64,000 nt of DNA, taken from a virus. Below, one piece after another: positions 8,675 to 18,086 of this stretch (position 1 is its first letter; each line of letters begins with the position of its first letter). The notes under the pieces are model-generated. The model had not been told where the DNA came from. It worked only from the letters and a program-made list of their open reading frames with translations, and ran no database searches. Location: positions 32,001 through 96,000 of IMG/VR virus record IMGVR_UViG_3300025018_000098; one strand, given 5' to 3'. Made by a program: the position numbers and the translations under genes.

Positions 8675-9637
8675 TCACTTCGCGACGCTGTGTAGCTGTT
8701 GGATGAGGTGTTGGCGCACCTGGTTTCTATAGTCCCAGTGCGTCAGTAGTTTGTAAACACCGTTCCCCATTGTGTCGTGAGGGACGTGATCAACTGCCTC
8801 TTCCAGCGGGAGGTGCTTCAGCTTCTCGTAGAGCGCCTTAGCCTCATCCCGAACTGCATCGTTGGGGCCTGGGATCTTGTGCACGTTGCTTGACCCGCAG
8901 GCAACACAGGTGACGTCGTTGTCGTCCTGCTCTACTAGACCGCAGTCCTTGCACGTGATTTTGCGGTCATCGAGGATGCGCTGTGCGAAGGATAGGGGGC
9001 TCGGTAGATAGTCAACCCCCGCATCCTTGGCGGCCACAGCAATGAAGCGATCGATGTCGTCCGTAGGCTTACGCTCGGGGTCGATCAGCTTGGCCGTATC
9101 CGCCATGGCGGCGAGGTGCCCCAGTTCCGGGAGCTCCAGGTAGACGATGTTGGGCTGCTTCCCGGCCAGCCCTCGAGCCACCCAGTGGAACACCTCCCAC
9201 TGTCGCCATGGGGACGGACTGGTCAGGAGGACCTGCACCGCCATGATCTTGGCCCACACGCTGTTGGATAGCTGAATACCATCCTTGCGCATGGTCTCTC
9301 GAAGCACCTCGGCATCCCACTCCAGATACTCTTCGCCGTACTTGTCCAAGAGCAGGAGGGATAGAACCAACGGGTGGGCATTAGGGTGACGCCAGATGTT
9401 CTTCGGCGTGACCTCTGGTGCGGCACCACCTCCATTTGGTCGCTGCGCCGCAACCTTGTCCATGCCCGCAGGCATCTCACGTATCCAGCCTGGCAGCGTT
9501 GCTTGGACGTTAGCTACCAGTGCCTCACAAGAAATCGGTGGAGCAGCCGGGGGCTGTACACGCTGGGCGGTCTTGATGAAGGGCGGGGTACGCCCCGAGA
9601 GAGGCCACTGCCTGTTGATGATGTCGTCGCTAAACAT
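8675..9637 (-). CDS. Head-cluster protein with Zn ribbon, ~320 aa
   Basis: GGAG SD before ATG 9637; CKDC...CVAC; GTACTCT -10-like element at 9653-9659. Confidence 0.65.
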   Translation of the reverse strand: MFSDDIINRQWPLSGRTPPFIKTAQRVQPPAAPPISCEALVANVQATLPGWIREMPAGMDKVAAQRPNGGGAAPEVTPKNIWRHPNAHPLVLSLLLLDKYGEEYLEWDAEVLRETMRKDGIQLSNSVWAKIMAVQVLLTSPSPWRQWEVFHWVARGLAGKQPNIVYLELPELGHLAAMADTAKLIDPERKPTDDIDRFIAVAAKDAGVDYLPSPLSFAQRILDDRKITCKDCGLVEQDDNDVTCVACGSSNVHKIPGPNDAVRDEAKALYEKLKHLPLEEAVDHVPHDTMGNGVYKLLTHWDYRNQVRQHLIQQLHSVAK

Positions 9638-9688
9638 GATGCTCCAAGACAGAGAGTACACCAATCTTGAAGCATGTAAGCAACGAAG

Positions 9689-11107
9689 CTAGGAGCGGGC
9701 GGACTGTCCGGCGTCATCAGAAGCTAGGCGAGCCAACGCATGCTTCTGGGGGTCCGGCAGCGCGGTGAAGAATCCGACGGGGTCCTTTTGGAAGTCGGGC
9801 CACATATCCTCCTCGAACGCGCTGCAGAAGACGTTCTTGCCTCGAGACGCATAGCTGCGGAGCATGTCGTCATTGACGTAGTCAGACCCATGGTTCCAAG
9901 AGAAGTTCTCGGTGTTCTTCTCCGTGGCGTCTGACCGCGACGAGATGGCGGTGCCTTCCGCAGCGAACTTCGCAGAGCCGTACACCGCGGCGTATGGATC
10001 CCGGAAGCCCACGACGGCCTTGTTGTACGCTCCCGACACGCCCATGGCCGTGTCCGCCTCAACCAGGGCAGCGACCATCTCCTCTGGGGTGTACGAAGCC
10101 ACCTTGCTGCGGAGCTCCGTGTACGTGTCCACGCCCTCGATACCCTCGAAGGAGTTGGCACGGGACAAGAGCTCGAGATCGATGTGTGGTCCGAAGCCAT
10201 CCCCGGCGTAGTCGAGAACACGACCTGCGAGCTTGACCCCCACAGCCTGCGCCCTCTGGTAGACCGCATCCGCGTACTGCCTACGTGTTCCCTCCGAGAA
10301 GGAGCCCCAGTACTCGTCGAAGTAGGCAGACGCTTCCTTCACCTGGCTGTAGGTATCGATGGGGTACTTGCGCTCGTCGCGCAGGGCGAAGTGCTTGTTG
10401 TACTCCGCCACCTTCTTGGCTGGGGCGCCCAGGCCCGTGATGTCGGCCCCGGGCTCCCACTCGCGAGATCCATCGAAGTGGTCCAAGAAGTCGTCCAGCC
10501 CAGACACCTTCTGCTTGGTCCGAGCAGCTGTGTTGAGAGCAGGCTTGATCGTCTTCTCAGACCCAGGCCCGCTCAAGGTGCCCGCCATAGGCATGACGGA
10601 GGAGCCGTTGAGGTCCGCCTGCTTTGTGACATCCGGTGTCTCGAGAGCCCCAGACTGCACTCGTTGGAACTGCGCCATGTCTTTGCGCTTCTTCTCCATG
10701 CCATCCCGAGCGGTCATACCCATGGCCGCCGTGGTCATCAGGGCCCCAAGCACAGCCTTCTTCACCAGAGGCTCTGGAGGGTCGAGGTCGTACCAGGCAC
10801 AAGCGTTGAGCAGATTCTTCGCTGTGGTTGCCTGGGCCGTCTTGGGCAGGATGTGCCCACACTCGAGGAAGTAGATGATCGAGGTGGCCAGGTGCGCCTC
10901 ATCGTGCATGGCGTACTTGCGGAGGGTCTCCTCACCGTTTGCCGCAACGAGCCCAAACATACGGTCTGGGAGACGCGCCAAGTCAGGCGCTTCGAGCAAG
11001 TCAGCGGAGGCCAGCTTCGTGGGCAATGCACCCCCTGCCAACTTCTTACGTAGGACGATCCCCTGGAGGTCATCGTACACATCAAGGATTAGGCCTGCGG
11101 TCTTCAT
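9689..11107 (-). CDS. Head-associated protein with two DUF6582-like repeats
   Basis: LPDRMFGLV..RKYAMHDEAHLATSIIYF and HFALRDERKYPIDTYSQVKEASAYF; many K-x-A motifs. Confidence 0.6.
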   Translation of the reverse strand: MKTAGLILDVYDDLQGIVLRKKLAGGALPTKLASADLLEAPDLARLPDRMFGLVAANGEETLRKYAMHDEAHLATSIIYFLECGHILPKTAQATTAKNLLNACAWYDLDPPEPLVKKAVLGALMTTAAMGMTARDGMEKKRKDMAQFQRVQSGALETPDVTKQADLNGSSVMPMAGTLSGPGSEKTIKPALNTAARTKQKVSGLDDFLDHFDGSREWEPGADITGLGAPAKKVAEYNKHFALRDERKYPIDTYSQVKEASAYFDEYWGSFSEGTRRQYADAVYQRAQAVGVKLAGRVLDYAGDGFGPHIDLELLSRANSFEGIEGVDTYTELRSKVASYTPEEMVAALVEADTAMGVSGAYNKAVVGFRDPYAAVYGSAKFAAEGTAISSRSDATEKNTENFSWNHGSDYVNDDMLRSYASRGKNVFCSAFEEDMWPDFQKDPVGFFTALPDPQKHALARLASDDAGQSARS

Positions 11108-11114
11108 GCCGACA

Positions 11115-11144
11115 AGGATACGCCGGGCGCCACAACGAGGTCAA
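11115..11144 (-). promoter_or_regulatory. Class B promoter TTGACC-N18-TATCCT, 7 nt before ATG 11107
   Basis: Same -35 and spacing as the rpoB-like promoter; no SD. Confidence 0.72.
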
Positions 11145-11148
11145 CGCC

Positions 11149-11166
11149 GCCTATAAGCAATGTGAA
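11149..11166 (+). promoter_or_regulatory. Class A promoter heading the replication operon
   Basis: GCCTATAAGCAATGTGAA. Confidence 0.8.
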
Positions 11167-11185
11167 ACCAACCAGGAGAGTATCT

Positions 11186-11704
11186 GTGGCAATGATTGGT
11201 ACGAAGCGGGGCCCCACTGGGCACCTGAAGAACTGCAACCTATGGGGAGAGTACGAACAGGCGGGGACCTCCGCAGAAGCAAACCTGTGCAACGGCGGGA
11301 GGTTCGGGAACGAGGTGTGGGCGCGGTGCCCCAGCGTGATGGACTGCCGCAAGGCCACCTACCAAGCTCAAGAGTCCTCCCAAGCACCGAGCCGCATCAT
11401 CGGGAGCACCCAACTGAACAGGTACAGCCGAACAGGCACCAGCATCTCAGGTCTGGTGCAGAGGAAAACAGAGACTCCGTCCGTGGGGCTACGGAAAAGG
11501 ATTCCTGGGGTCGAGGCAGAAGTGGTAGACATGGGTGGCGCCAGCCACTCGCCTGTGTTCCTTCCCTCAGATGGTGAGGGGACCTTCACACGAATGGCCA
11601 AGAACATGGGCCAGGGTGCTATCGCCGCCATGTTCTTCCACGGGCTAGCCATCGCACAGTCGGTGGACTTCTTCCCACACAACACCAACAGAGAAAACGA
11701 GTAA
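11186..11704 (+). CDS. Hypothetical protein with N-terminal Cys cluster
   Basis: AGGAG SD; GTG 11186 or ATG 11192; C..C..CPSVMDC. Confidence 0.65.
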   Translation: MAMIGTKRGPTGHLKNCNLWGEYEQAGTSAEANLCNGGRFGNEVWARCPSVMDCRKATYQAQESSQAPSRIIGSTQLNRYSRTGTSISGLVQRKTETPSVGLRKRIPGVEAEVVDMGGASHSPVFLPSDGEGTFTRMAKNMGQGAIAAMFFHGLAIAQSVDFFPHNTNRENE

Positions 11705-11705
11705 G

Positions 11706-13106
11706 ATGCACATTGTTCAACGGAAGCCAGATCTCGGTTACTTCGACAACTGGCTCTGGCTTCCCAAGAGCAAGATCTCGGCGACGCAGCTGCAGTCGTC
11801 TCTTTCCTATGACAACGCAAGGAAGAATGAGGTCTTGCATGCCTGGGTAGAGACGCCCCACCACTACAAGGTGCCCCGCAACTACTACGGGCTGGACACC
11901 CTAGCGAAGCTTCCCTATCCAGTGATCGACTCGCGGTTCACCGCGTTCCCTCGAGTGAACCTACAGAGCCGGGTCGTTCTTGACTCCCTGGAAGAAGGTC
12001 AGACATATCAGCAGGATGGGTCCAACGCGCTGCTGAGCACCTACGACGGTATTCTTTGTCTACGGTGCGGCGCCGGAAAGACCGTTGTTGCTTTGCATAC
12101 CGCGGCACAGCACCAGGTTCCCATCCTCGTGGTGGTTACGGACAAAGGATTGGCCGCCCAGTGGGTGAAGGAGATCAAGTGGATACTTGGCCTCGAGGAT
12201 GAAGACATTGGGCGTGTGGGTGGCGATAAGGGGCAGTTCAACTGGCAGAAGCCTGTCACTGTGGCCATCGTCAACACTCTGGCCAAGCGGGCGTGGGACA
12301 ACTCCCTGCCTCCGGAAATGCTTCGGCACTTCGGCATCATCCTCATCGACGAGACTCACGTGATGGGTGCTCCATGGTTCAACGCAGCCATCCCGCCCTT
12401 CCATGGTCGTCGTTGGGGCCTGTCCGCCACGCCCACTCGTGAGGACGACTTCAACTCCCTACTGACGCACACGGTGGGGAACGTCGTGTACTCCTACCTC
12501 ATGCCTGACCTACGGCCCGAGGTCTTCTTCAGGCAGCTCCCCACGAAGTTGCTCGTACACAAGCAAGAGATCTTCCAACTCACGCACGACGTCTCGGGGC
12601 AGTTCCACTTCGGCAAGACCTACGGGTACTTCGCCAACCACGACCAGGCCCGCACAGAGACCATCGTAGCCGACATCAAGAATGCCCTATCCGTGGGACG
12701 AGAAGTCCTTGTGCTGACGCACAGCAGAGACATGTGCGATGTGCTGGGCAAGTACTTCGACAACGCTGGGGTGTGCCATGGAGGTGTGTCTGAAGTAGAG
12801 CGGGCTCGTCGAGTAGACGAGTGTAACCCGGTCATCTGCATCATGCAGCTGGGCAAGCAGGCCCTCGACAAGCCGAAGCTGGACACCCTCTTCGTAGTCG
12901 AGCCCTTCCGGAAGGAGGGGATGCTGCAGCAAACGATGGGCCGCATTCTCCGGAACGAGGCGAACAAGCAACAACCAGTCGTTTTCTTCTATGAGGACTC
13001 TGGGATCAAGCCTCTGCGGCTGTTGTGCAACAAGATCCGCAAAGCATTCGCGCGCTGGCCCGATATCAAGGGTGGGCGCATTCCGTACAAAGTCATAACG
13101 AAATGA
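11706..13106 (+). CDS. Superfamily 2 DExH helicase (UvsW/XPB-like)
   Basis: Motifs CGAGKT, DETH, SAT, QTMGRILR. Confidence 0.92.
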   Translation: MHIVQRKPDLGYFDNWLWLPKSKISATQLQSSLSYDNARKNEVLHAWVETPHHYKVPRNYYGLDTLAKLPYPVIDSRFTAFPRVNLQSRVVLDSLEEGQTYQQDGSNALLSTYDGILCLRCGAGKTVVALHTAAQHQVPILVVVTDKGLAAQWVKEIKWILGLEDEDIGRVGGDKGQFNWQKPVTVAIVNTLAKRAWDNSLPPEMLRHFGIILIDETHVMGAPWFNAAIPPFHGRRWGLSATPTREDDFNSLLTHTVGNVVYSYLMPDLRPEVFFRQLPTKLLVHKQEIFQLTHDVSGQFHFGKTYGYFANHDQARTETIVADIKNALSVGREVLVLTHSRDMCDVLGKYFDNAGVCHGGVSEVERARRVDECNPVICIMQLGKQALDKPKLDTLFVVEPFRKEGMLQQTMGRILRNEANKQQPVVFFYEDSGIKPLRLLCNKIRKAFARWPDIKGGRIPYKVITK

Positions 13107-13113
13107 GAGACCA

Positions 13114-13539
13114 ATGAAGTTGAGCTACGTAAACGGAGATGGGTGCCCCATGGTGGTGGACCTCACCACAAACGACTGGGCAGGAGATCTCTGCCTGGTG
13201 ATGCAGGGCCGAGACACTTGGATCGGCTTTGGGACACCTGTGCTTGAAGAGGTATCCCGGTTCGACCTCTGGCACGTCCTGATGGTGCACAGCGAGACCC
13301 GATTCGTGCAGGGCCCTCCAGGTAGCCAGGGATTGGGCCTGCAGAGCCCTACTGCCTCGGTGCCTCCGTACCTGTCCTCTCCCATCCCACGCATGACGTT
13401 CTTGGGCGCGTTTGCTTTTGCTGAGCTGGGCGACACAGACCCTGGGTCACCCCTGTACGAGACCCTAGTGGGCGGATACCAGAAGGTGATGTGTCCGCCT
13501 GTCATCGTCCAGCCTCCAAAGAGCAACTTGGTGCTCTAG
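13114..13539 (+). CDS. Hypothetical protein, 141 aa
   Basis: Tightly packed in operon, GAGA upstream. Confidence 0.65.
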   Translation: MKLSYVNGDGCPMVVDLTTNDWAGDLCLVMQGRDTWIGFGTPVLEEVSRFDLWHVLMVHSETRFVQGPPGSQGLGLQSPTASVPPYLSSPIPRMTFLGAFAFAELGDTDPGSPLYETLVGGYQKVMCPPVIVQPPKSNLVL

Positions 13540-14231
13540 TGTTCACCCACAAGAAGCACCTGGAGCAGGTGGCGAAGGAGTGGGCAGGCTGCACCCTATG
13601 CGAGCTACACGAACTGCGGGATGGGGATATCATGTTCGGGGACGGCCCCGTCCCTGCTGAGATCCTCTTCATCAGTTCCGCCCCGACCGAGAGTGACGAG
13701 GAGTACACGTCGCTATTCACCGGAGATGAAGGAGGCCTCCTCGTAGAGATCCTCAACGAGCTCAAGGTCTCCACGGATGGTATCTACCGCACCTCCGCGG
13801 TTGCCTGCCGGCCCAAGGCTCTCATCCCCGCTACGGAAGAAGAGGAAGAGCGGATCGTTCAGATCCAACCAGCGAAAGATCACTTGCAGGCGTGTCGAGC
13901 ACGCCTGTACGAGATCATCTATGCAGTCGATCCTCGAATCATCGTGACCTTCGGGGAGGCGGCGCTGCAGACCCTCCACGTTCAGACGAATGTGGATCGG
14001 GCACCCAAGAAGAAGATCAGTGACGCTCGGGGTGAGATCTACGAGCTCACCATCCCGGGCCGACTAGCGCAGGAGGTCAGATATCCAGTGTTCCCCACAC
14101 TGGACCTGACGTACCTGATCAAGAACCCATCGTCAGCAGCACACGGCCCCATCAACACCGTGTTCAACGACCTTGGCAACGTCATGCAGTACCTACAGTG
14201 GACGAAGGACAACGAAAACAATGAAGACTAA
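13539..14231 (+). CDS. Uracil-DNA glycosylase family 4-like Fe-S protein with degenerate active site
   Basis: TAGTG overlap; CTLC, FGDG..AEILFI, ACRP, ACRARL..II.AVDPRIIVTFG. Confidence 0.8.
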   Translation: MFTHKKHLEQVAKEWAGCTLCELHELRDGDIMFGDGPVPAEILFISSAPTESDEEYTSLFTGDEGGLLVEILNELKVSTDGIYRTSAVACRPKALIPATEEEEERIVQIQPAKDHLQACRARLYEIIYAVDPRIIVTFGEAALQTLHVQTNVDRAPKKKISDARGEIYELTIPGRLAQEVRYPVFPTLDLTYLIKNPSSAAHGPINTVFNDLGNVMQYLQWTKDNENNED

Positions 14232-14667
14232 GACCGGCAAGAAGATCAACAGCGTCCCCATGAAGGTGGTGGCTGCGCGGTCGGAGTTCGAAGGGGCACA
14301 GGCTGCCCTCGAGAGCTTCCGAAACACCCACCTCGACGTCTTGGAGGAGTACGACGCCCTGGTTGGGCACTACAACGCATCAGTGGATGCATTCAAGGCT
14401 GCCGTCAGCGACAACGCCGAGGTGCTTGGGCGTGAATATGGCCCCATGCGCATCTCGATCCCGGACACCCTCGATGTGGAGGCTCTCAAGGAGGCCCTGG
14501 GTGATCGTGCGGAAGCGTTCATCAAGACCAAGGAGTCTGTGGACAGCACTGCGTACAACTCGGCCCTCAATGCCGGAACCATCAAGGCCGACGTGGATGC
14601 CAAGGTGCGCAAGAAGGGATCTCCTCGCATCACAGCTCCCAAGCCCGTCGGAATCTACGCACGATGA
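14221..14667 (+). CDS. Hypothetical protein, 148 aa (weak Gam/Gp157-like resemblance)
   Basis: Coiled-coil N-half; FIKTKESVD segment; good codon bias. Confidence 0.6.
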   Translation: MKTKTGKKINSVPMKVVAARSEFEGAQAALESFRNTHLDVLEEYDALVGHYNASVDAFKAAVSDNAEVLGREYGPMRISIPDTLDVEALKEALGDRAEAFIKTKESVDSTAYNSALNAGTIKADVDAKVRKKGSPRITAPKPVGIYAR

Positions 14668-15062
14668 TCGAGACAGAAGTGGAGGTGCTTCTCCAGAAAC
14701 GAGAGGTGGAGCACCTCTGCTTTGTCCAGAAGCACTACAACACACTTGAGGAGGAACTCATGCGAGCTCTCGGCAAAGATCGATTCGTGGCCCTTCTGGG
14801 GGACAAGCGTGCCCGTGTGCGCGTCAACATCACAGAGCGTCTCTCCGGCCCCAACAACACCTACAGCTCCATCAGCATCGGAACCACTGTCGAGATGACA
14901 TGCAACCAGTCCGCTGCAGCCATCGAGGAGGCGGAGGAGCTGGTGACTAAGATGTGCCTGGCCCACCAGGACAAACACATAGAGCCAGTATACCGGGGGC
15001 TCCTCGAGCACTTGGTGCGCCTGGACAGCACCCTAGACGAGTTCGAGAAGGAGCTCGAGTAG
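14664..15062 (+). CDS. Hypothetical protein, 132 aa
   Basis: ATGA overlap with previous gene. Confidence 0.7.
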   Translation: MIETEVEVLLQKREVEHLCFVQKHYNTLEEELMRALGKDRFVALLGDKRARVRVNITERLSGPNNTYSSISIGTTVEMTCNQSAAAIEEAEELVTKMCLAHQDKHIEPVYRGLLEHLVRLDSTLDEFEKELE

Positions 15063-15409
15063 TGGCCCACACAGGCTTCAAGGGATGCCGCATTGGCATC
15101 CGAGCCTTCAGCATCCAGGGGTCGAGCATCATAGCTGATGTGGACTTCCTGGATGAGGAGGGCGTCTCCCACGCACAGACGAGGCACACCTTCCCAGCCT
15201 CTGCGGTCCCAGAGATCGGAGAGGCGGTGGGGAACCTCATGACCCTCGTCATCAATGAAATCGCCCGCAAGCACTTCGATGCTCCGGGAGGGTTTCCCAG
15301 TGAGCCCGAGAAAGTAGTACATGGAATCCGAGAAGCCCTCGCCGCCAAAACTCCCCAAGGGATTGATCCCTTTGGAAGCGGTGACGACCCAAGTGACGGA
15401 CAAGGCTAG
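15062..15409 (+). CDS. Hypothetical protein, 115 aa
   Basis: TAGTG overlap, AAGGAG SD. Confidence 0.6.
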   Translation: MAHTGFKGCRIGIRAFSIQGSSIIADVDFLDEEGVSHAQTRHTFPASAVPEIGEAVGNLMTLVINEIARKHFDAPGGFPSEPEKVVHGIREALAAKTPQGIDPFGSGDDPSDGQG

Positions 15410-16394
15410 CAGGTACCTGCCAGACCTTCGCTACAGCGCCGCGGTGGAGTCCCCACCTCACTACGGCATCATCCCACTCAGTGAGTGGACAGGAAACAAA
15501 CTGGTTGCAGACGACGTAGGGCTCTACCTCTCCAATGGTGAGGGGCGGAGCCCTTTCCTGTTTACGGACTGGAGCCGCTCTCAGCTACTCTCTCTTCTGG
15601 GGACCAAGGAACGCTGGTTCCGCACAGTGTCCCTTGGGCAGCAGGTGGCTGAGCTCAACATGCGCCTACACGCTCTGGAGCCCTACCGCATCCGGCTAGA
15701 GAGAGCCGCTGGGGGAGGAGACCACGACATTCACTACGTCCGAGGCATCGTGTCCAAGCAGTATGCGGAGATCACGGACGTGCACGTCATGGAGCAGCTG
15801 ACCCGTGGGCTGAAGGCTCCCGTGTATGCGCTGGCCAAGTACACCAAGCAGACAGACCGGGCGTCCTACGCCTACTTACTGTCCAATGACTCCATCTCTG
15901 TGACGGGCGGTCAGGGAGTGCTCCCTGGTATCTTGGTGAAGAACAGCGAGGTTGGGTACACATCTCTGTGGGTACACCTGTTCCTGTTCTTCCAGAAGAC
16001 AGGACACATCGCGGTACGCAAGGCTCCCCTGTTGCGTCGCATCCATCGAGGAAGCGTCGCTGACCTACACAAGCAGTTCGCAGAGGCGCAGGAGTCTGCG
16101 GCTGGGCTCTGGGAGGACATCCAGAGTAAGCTCGCCATCCTTGAGTTCGCGGCGGTGGCCAGCGAAGACGCGGCTCTGCGCCGTATGGAGGTGCTCTGCA
16201 GCAATGCAGGAGCCCCCCGCTCGTACACGCTACGGTGTGTGCAGCACTACAAGGCCGCAGGGCACCAAGTCCACACGGCCCTCAAGATATTCGAGTCGGT
16301 CGCTGCAGTGGCGGCCAAAGAGGGTGCTGGGAACCTAGACCAGGCACACATCAACCACATTGTCGCCGGGGCTGTGCTCTTCAGCTTGCTCTGA
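15321..16394 (+). CDS. DUF932-like protein
   Basis: RGIVSKQYAEITD and GILVKNSEVGYTSL..RRIHRG resemble DUF932; start uncertain. Confidence 0.6.
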   Translation: MESEKPSPPKLPKGLIPLEAVTTQVTDKASRYLPDLRYSAAVESPPHYGIIPLSEWTGNKLVADDVGLYLSNGEGRSPFLFTDWSRSQLLSLLGTKERWFRTVSLGQQVAELNMRLHALEPYRIRLERAAGGGDHDIHYVRGIVSKQYAEITDVHVMEQLTRGLKAPVYALAKYTKQTDRASYAYLLSNDSISVTGGQGVLPGILVKNSEVGYTSLWVHLFLFFQKTGHIAVRKAPLLRRIHRGSVADLHKQFAEAQESAAGLWEDIQSKLAILEFAAVASEDAALRRMEVLCSNAGAPRSYTLRCVQHYKAAGHQVHTALKIFESVAAVAAKEGAGNLDQAHINHIVAGAVLFSLL

Positions 16395-16520
16395 GACCTA
16401 CCACCTGTGGGGCACGCGGTCGTGTGCCCTGCGCTACCACTAGCAGTGCATGGGTATGTTGTTGCCAACCCCGACTGGGGTCGGTAGAACAGCTGCCCGC
16501 CATATTCCCAGGAGAGGCCC

Positions 16521-18086
16521 TTGTCCGCTATTGAGATGGACCTAATCGCCGCGATTCTGGACACAGGAGATATGTCCCCCATCTTCGAGGGGCACTTCAC
16601 CGAAGAGCACTGCCTCACGAATGAAGGCAAGGCTCTTTACCAGTTCATCGCCAACTACCGAGTCACCACGCAGGGTGCCGGACGTATCCCAACACGAGCC
16701 ACGATCGAGCACCGCTTTGACCTGGAGGGGTTCGGGTTACCTGAACAAGGTCTGGTTGTTCCAGACGTACGAGCACTTCTTCATGAAGTGTATATCGAGT
16801 GGGCACGCAAGCAGTTGCGGGAGCTCGCCAGCGAGACCGCAGAGATAGCTGAGGACGTGGATCCTCTTGGGGAGCTCGCGGCCCTGCGGCAGAAGCTGGA
16901 GGTCATCGAGACCCAACTGACGCCGTCGGAGGATGGTAGCTTCGCCACACACCTTGACGAGATCGTTGAGGACTATGCTGCAGGGGCTCTGCTTCCTGCA
17001 GGTATCCCATGGCCTTGGCCTACGATGCAGGAAGCCACCAATGGTCTGCACCGTGGTGAGTTCTATCCAATCGTGGGACGTCCCAAGGCGCGCAAGACCT
17101 TCGTAGCGTTGGAGGTCTGCGTCAACGCCATGATCAAGGACCATGCTCGAGTGCTGGTGGTGACCCCGGAGATGCCTGTGAAGCAGATGCTGCTGCGGGC
17201 AACGGCCTTTGCGGCGAAGCTGAACTACACCGACTTCAAGAAGGGTGAGCTTAGCTTCGAAGACGAGCAGCTCCTTGCAGCCCTAGCGCAACGCTACGCT
17301 GCCTCAGCGACCAAGGAGAAGGGGGACGTCGTATTTCATGCCGCCTCCGGCGATGAGGATGAGGAACGAGACTTCGCCAAGGCATCCTTCGTGGTTACGA
17401 AGGGTACCAACCGAGGGCTCAGCTACATCGAAGCCAAGGTCGATCAGTACAAGCCAGACATCGTGTTCATTGACTCCTTTTATCGCCTATCAGGAGAGGG
17501 ACAGAAGAAATCTGACGCGGACTGGAAGGTGGTCACGAGCTTGAGCCGCGGGCTCAAGGACATGGCCATGGACCGGAACGTAGTAGTGATCGGAACCCAC
17601 CAGATGAACCGTGGTGCTGACCGTGAGATCGGGTCCCTAGCCAACCTGGCCCTCTCTGATGGCGTTGGGCAGGACGCGGACATGGTCATTCGTGTGATCA
17701 CGTGCAAGCGCATACACACCAACGATATCTCCGCCCTGGTCATCCTCGGTGCCCGTGAGACATCTGCAGAGGGGGTGCTCATCAACAACGTGCCTTGCTG
17801 TGACTTCTCTGAGATCGAACCCATCATAAGTCCTAGAAAGATCATGGACATGCTGATGGAAGAGGAGCAACAGGACGTGGACGAGGGAGAGGGAGAGGAC
17901 AAGAAGAACCGCCACAAGAAGAAGAAAAAGCAGGGGAGTGTTGGGAAGACATCCTCCAAGGCGGCCCCCGTAGGCATAGGGGCAGGGTCCAACCTCGGCA
18001 AAAAGATCAAGAGCGGTAGCCTGAAGAGAACGGCTGCTGCCGAAAGGTTCGTGCCGAGGCCTGTGAGGAAGCCGGCGAATGAGTGA
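16521..18086 (+). CDS. dnaB: Replicative DnaB-like (SF4) helicase
   Basis: TTG start with GGAGAGG; GRPKARKT, PEM, FIDSFY, HQMNR, LSDGVGQDAD. Confidence 0.9.
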   Translation: MSAIEMDLIAAILDTGDMSPIFEGHFTEEHCLTNEGKALYQFIANYRVTTQGAGRIPTRATIEHRFDLEGFGLPEQGLVVPDVRALLHEVYIEWARKQLRELASETAEIAEDVDPLGELAALRQKLEVIETQLTPSEDGSFATHLDEIVEDYAAGALLPAGIPWPWPTMQEATNGLHRGEFYPIVGRPKARKTFVALEVCVNAMIKDHARVLVVTPEMPVKQMLLRATAFAAKLNYTDFKKGELSFEDEQLLAALAQRYAASATKEKGDVVFHAASGDEDEERDFAKASFVVTKGTNRGLSYIEAKVDQYKPDIVFIDSFYRLSGEGQKKSDADWKVVTSLSRGLKDMAMDRNVVVIGTHQMNRGADREIGSLANLALSDGVGQDADMVIRVITCKRIHTNDISALVILGARETSAEGVLINNVPCCDFSEIEPIISPRKIMDMLMEEEQQDVDEGEGEDKKNRHKKKKKQGSVGKTSSKAAPVGIGAGSNLGKKIKSGSLKRTAAAERFVPRPVRKPANE

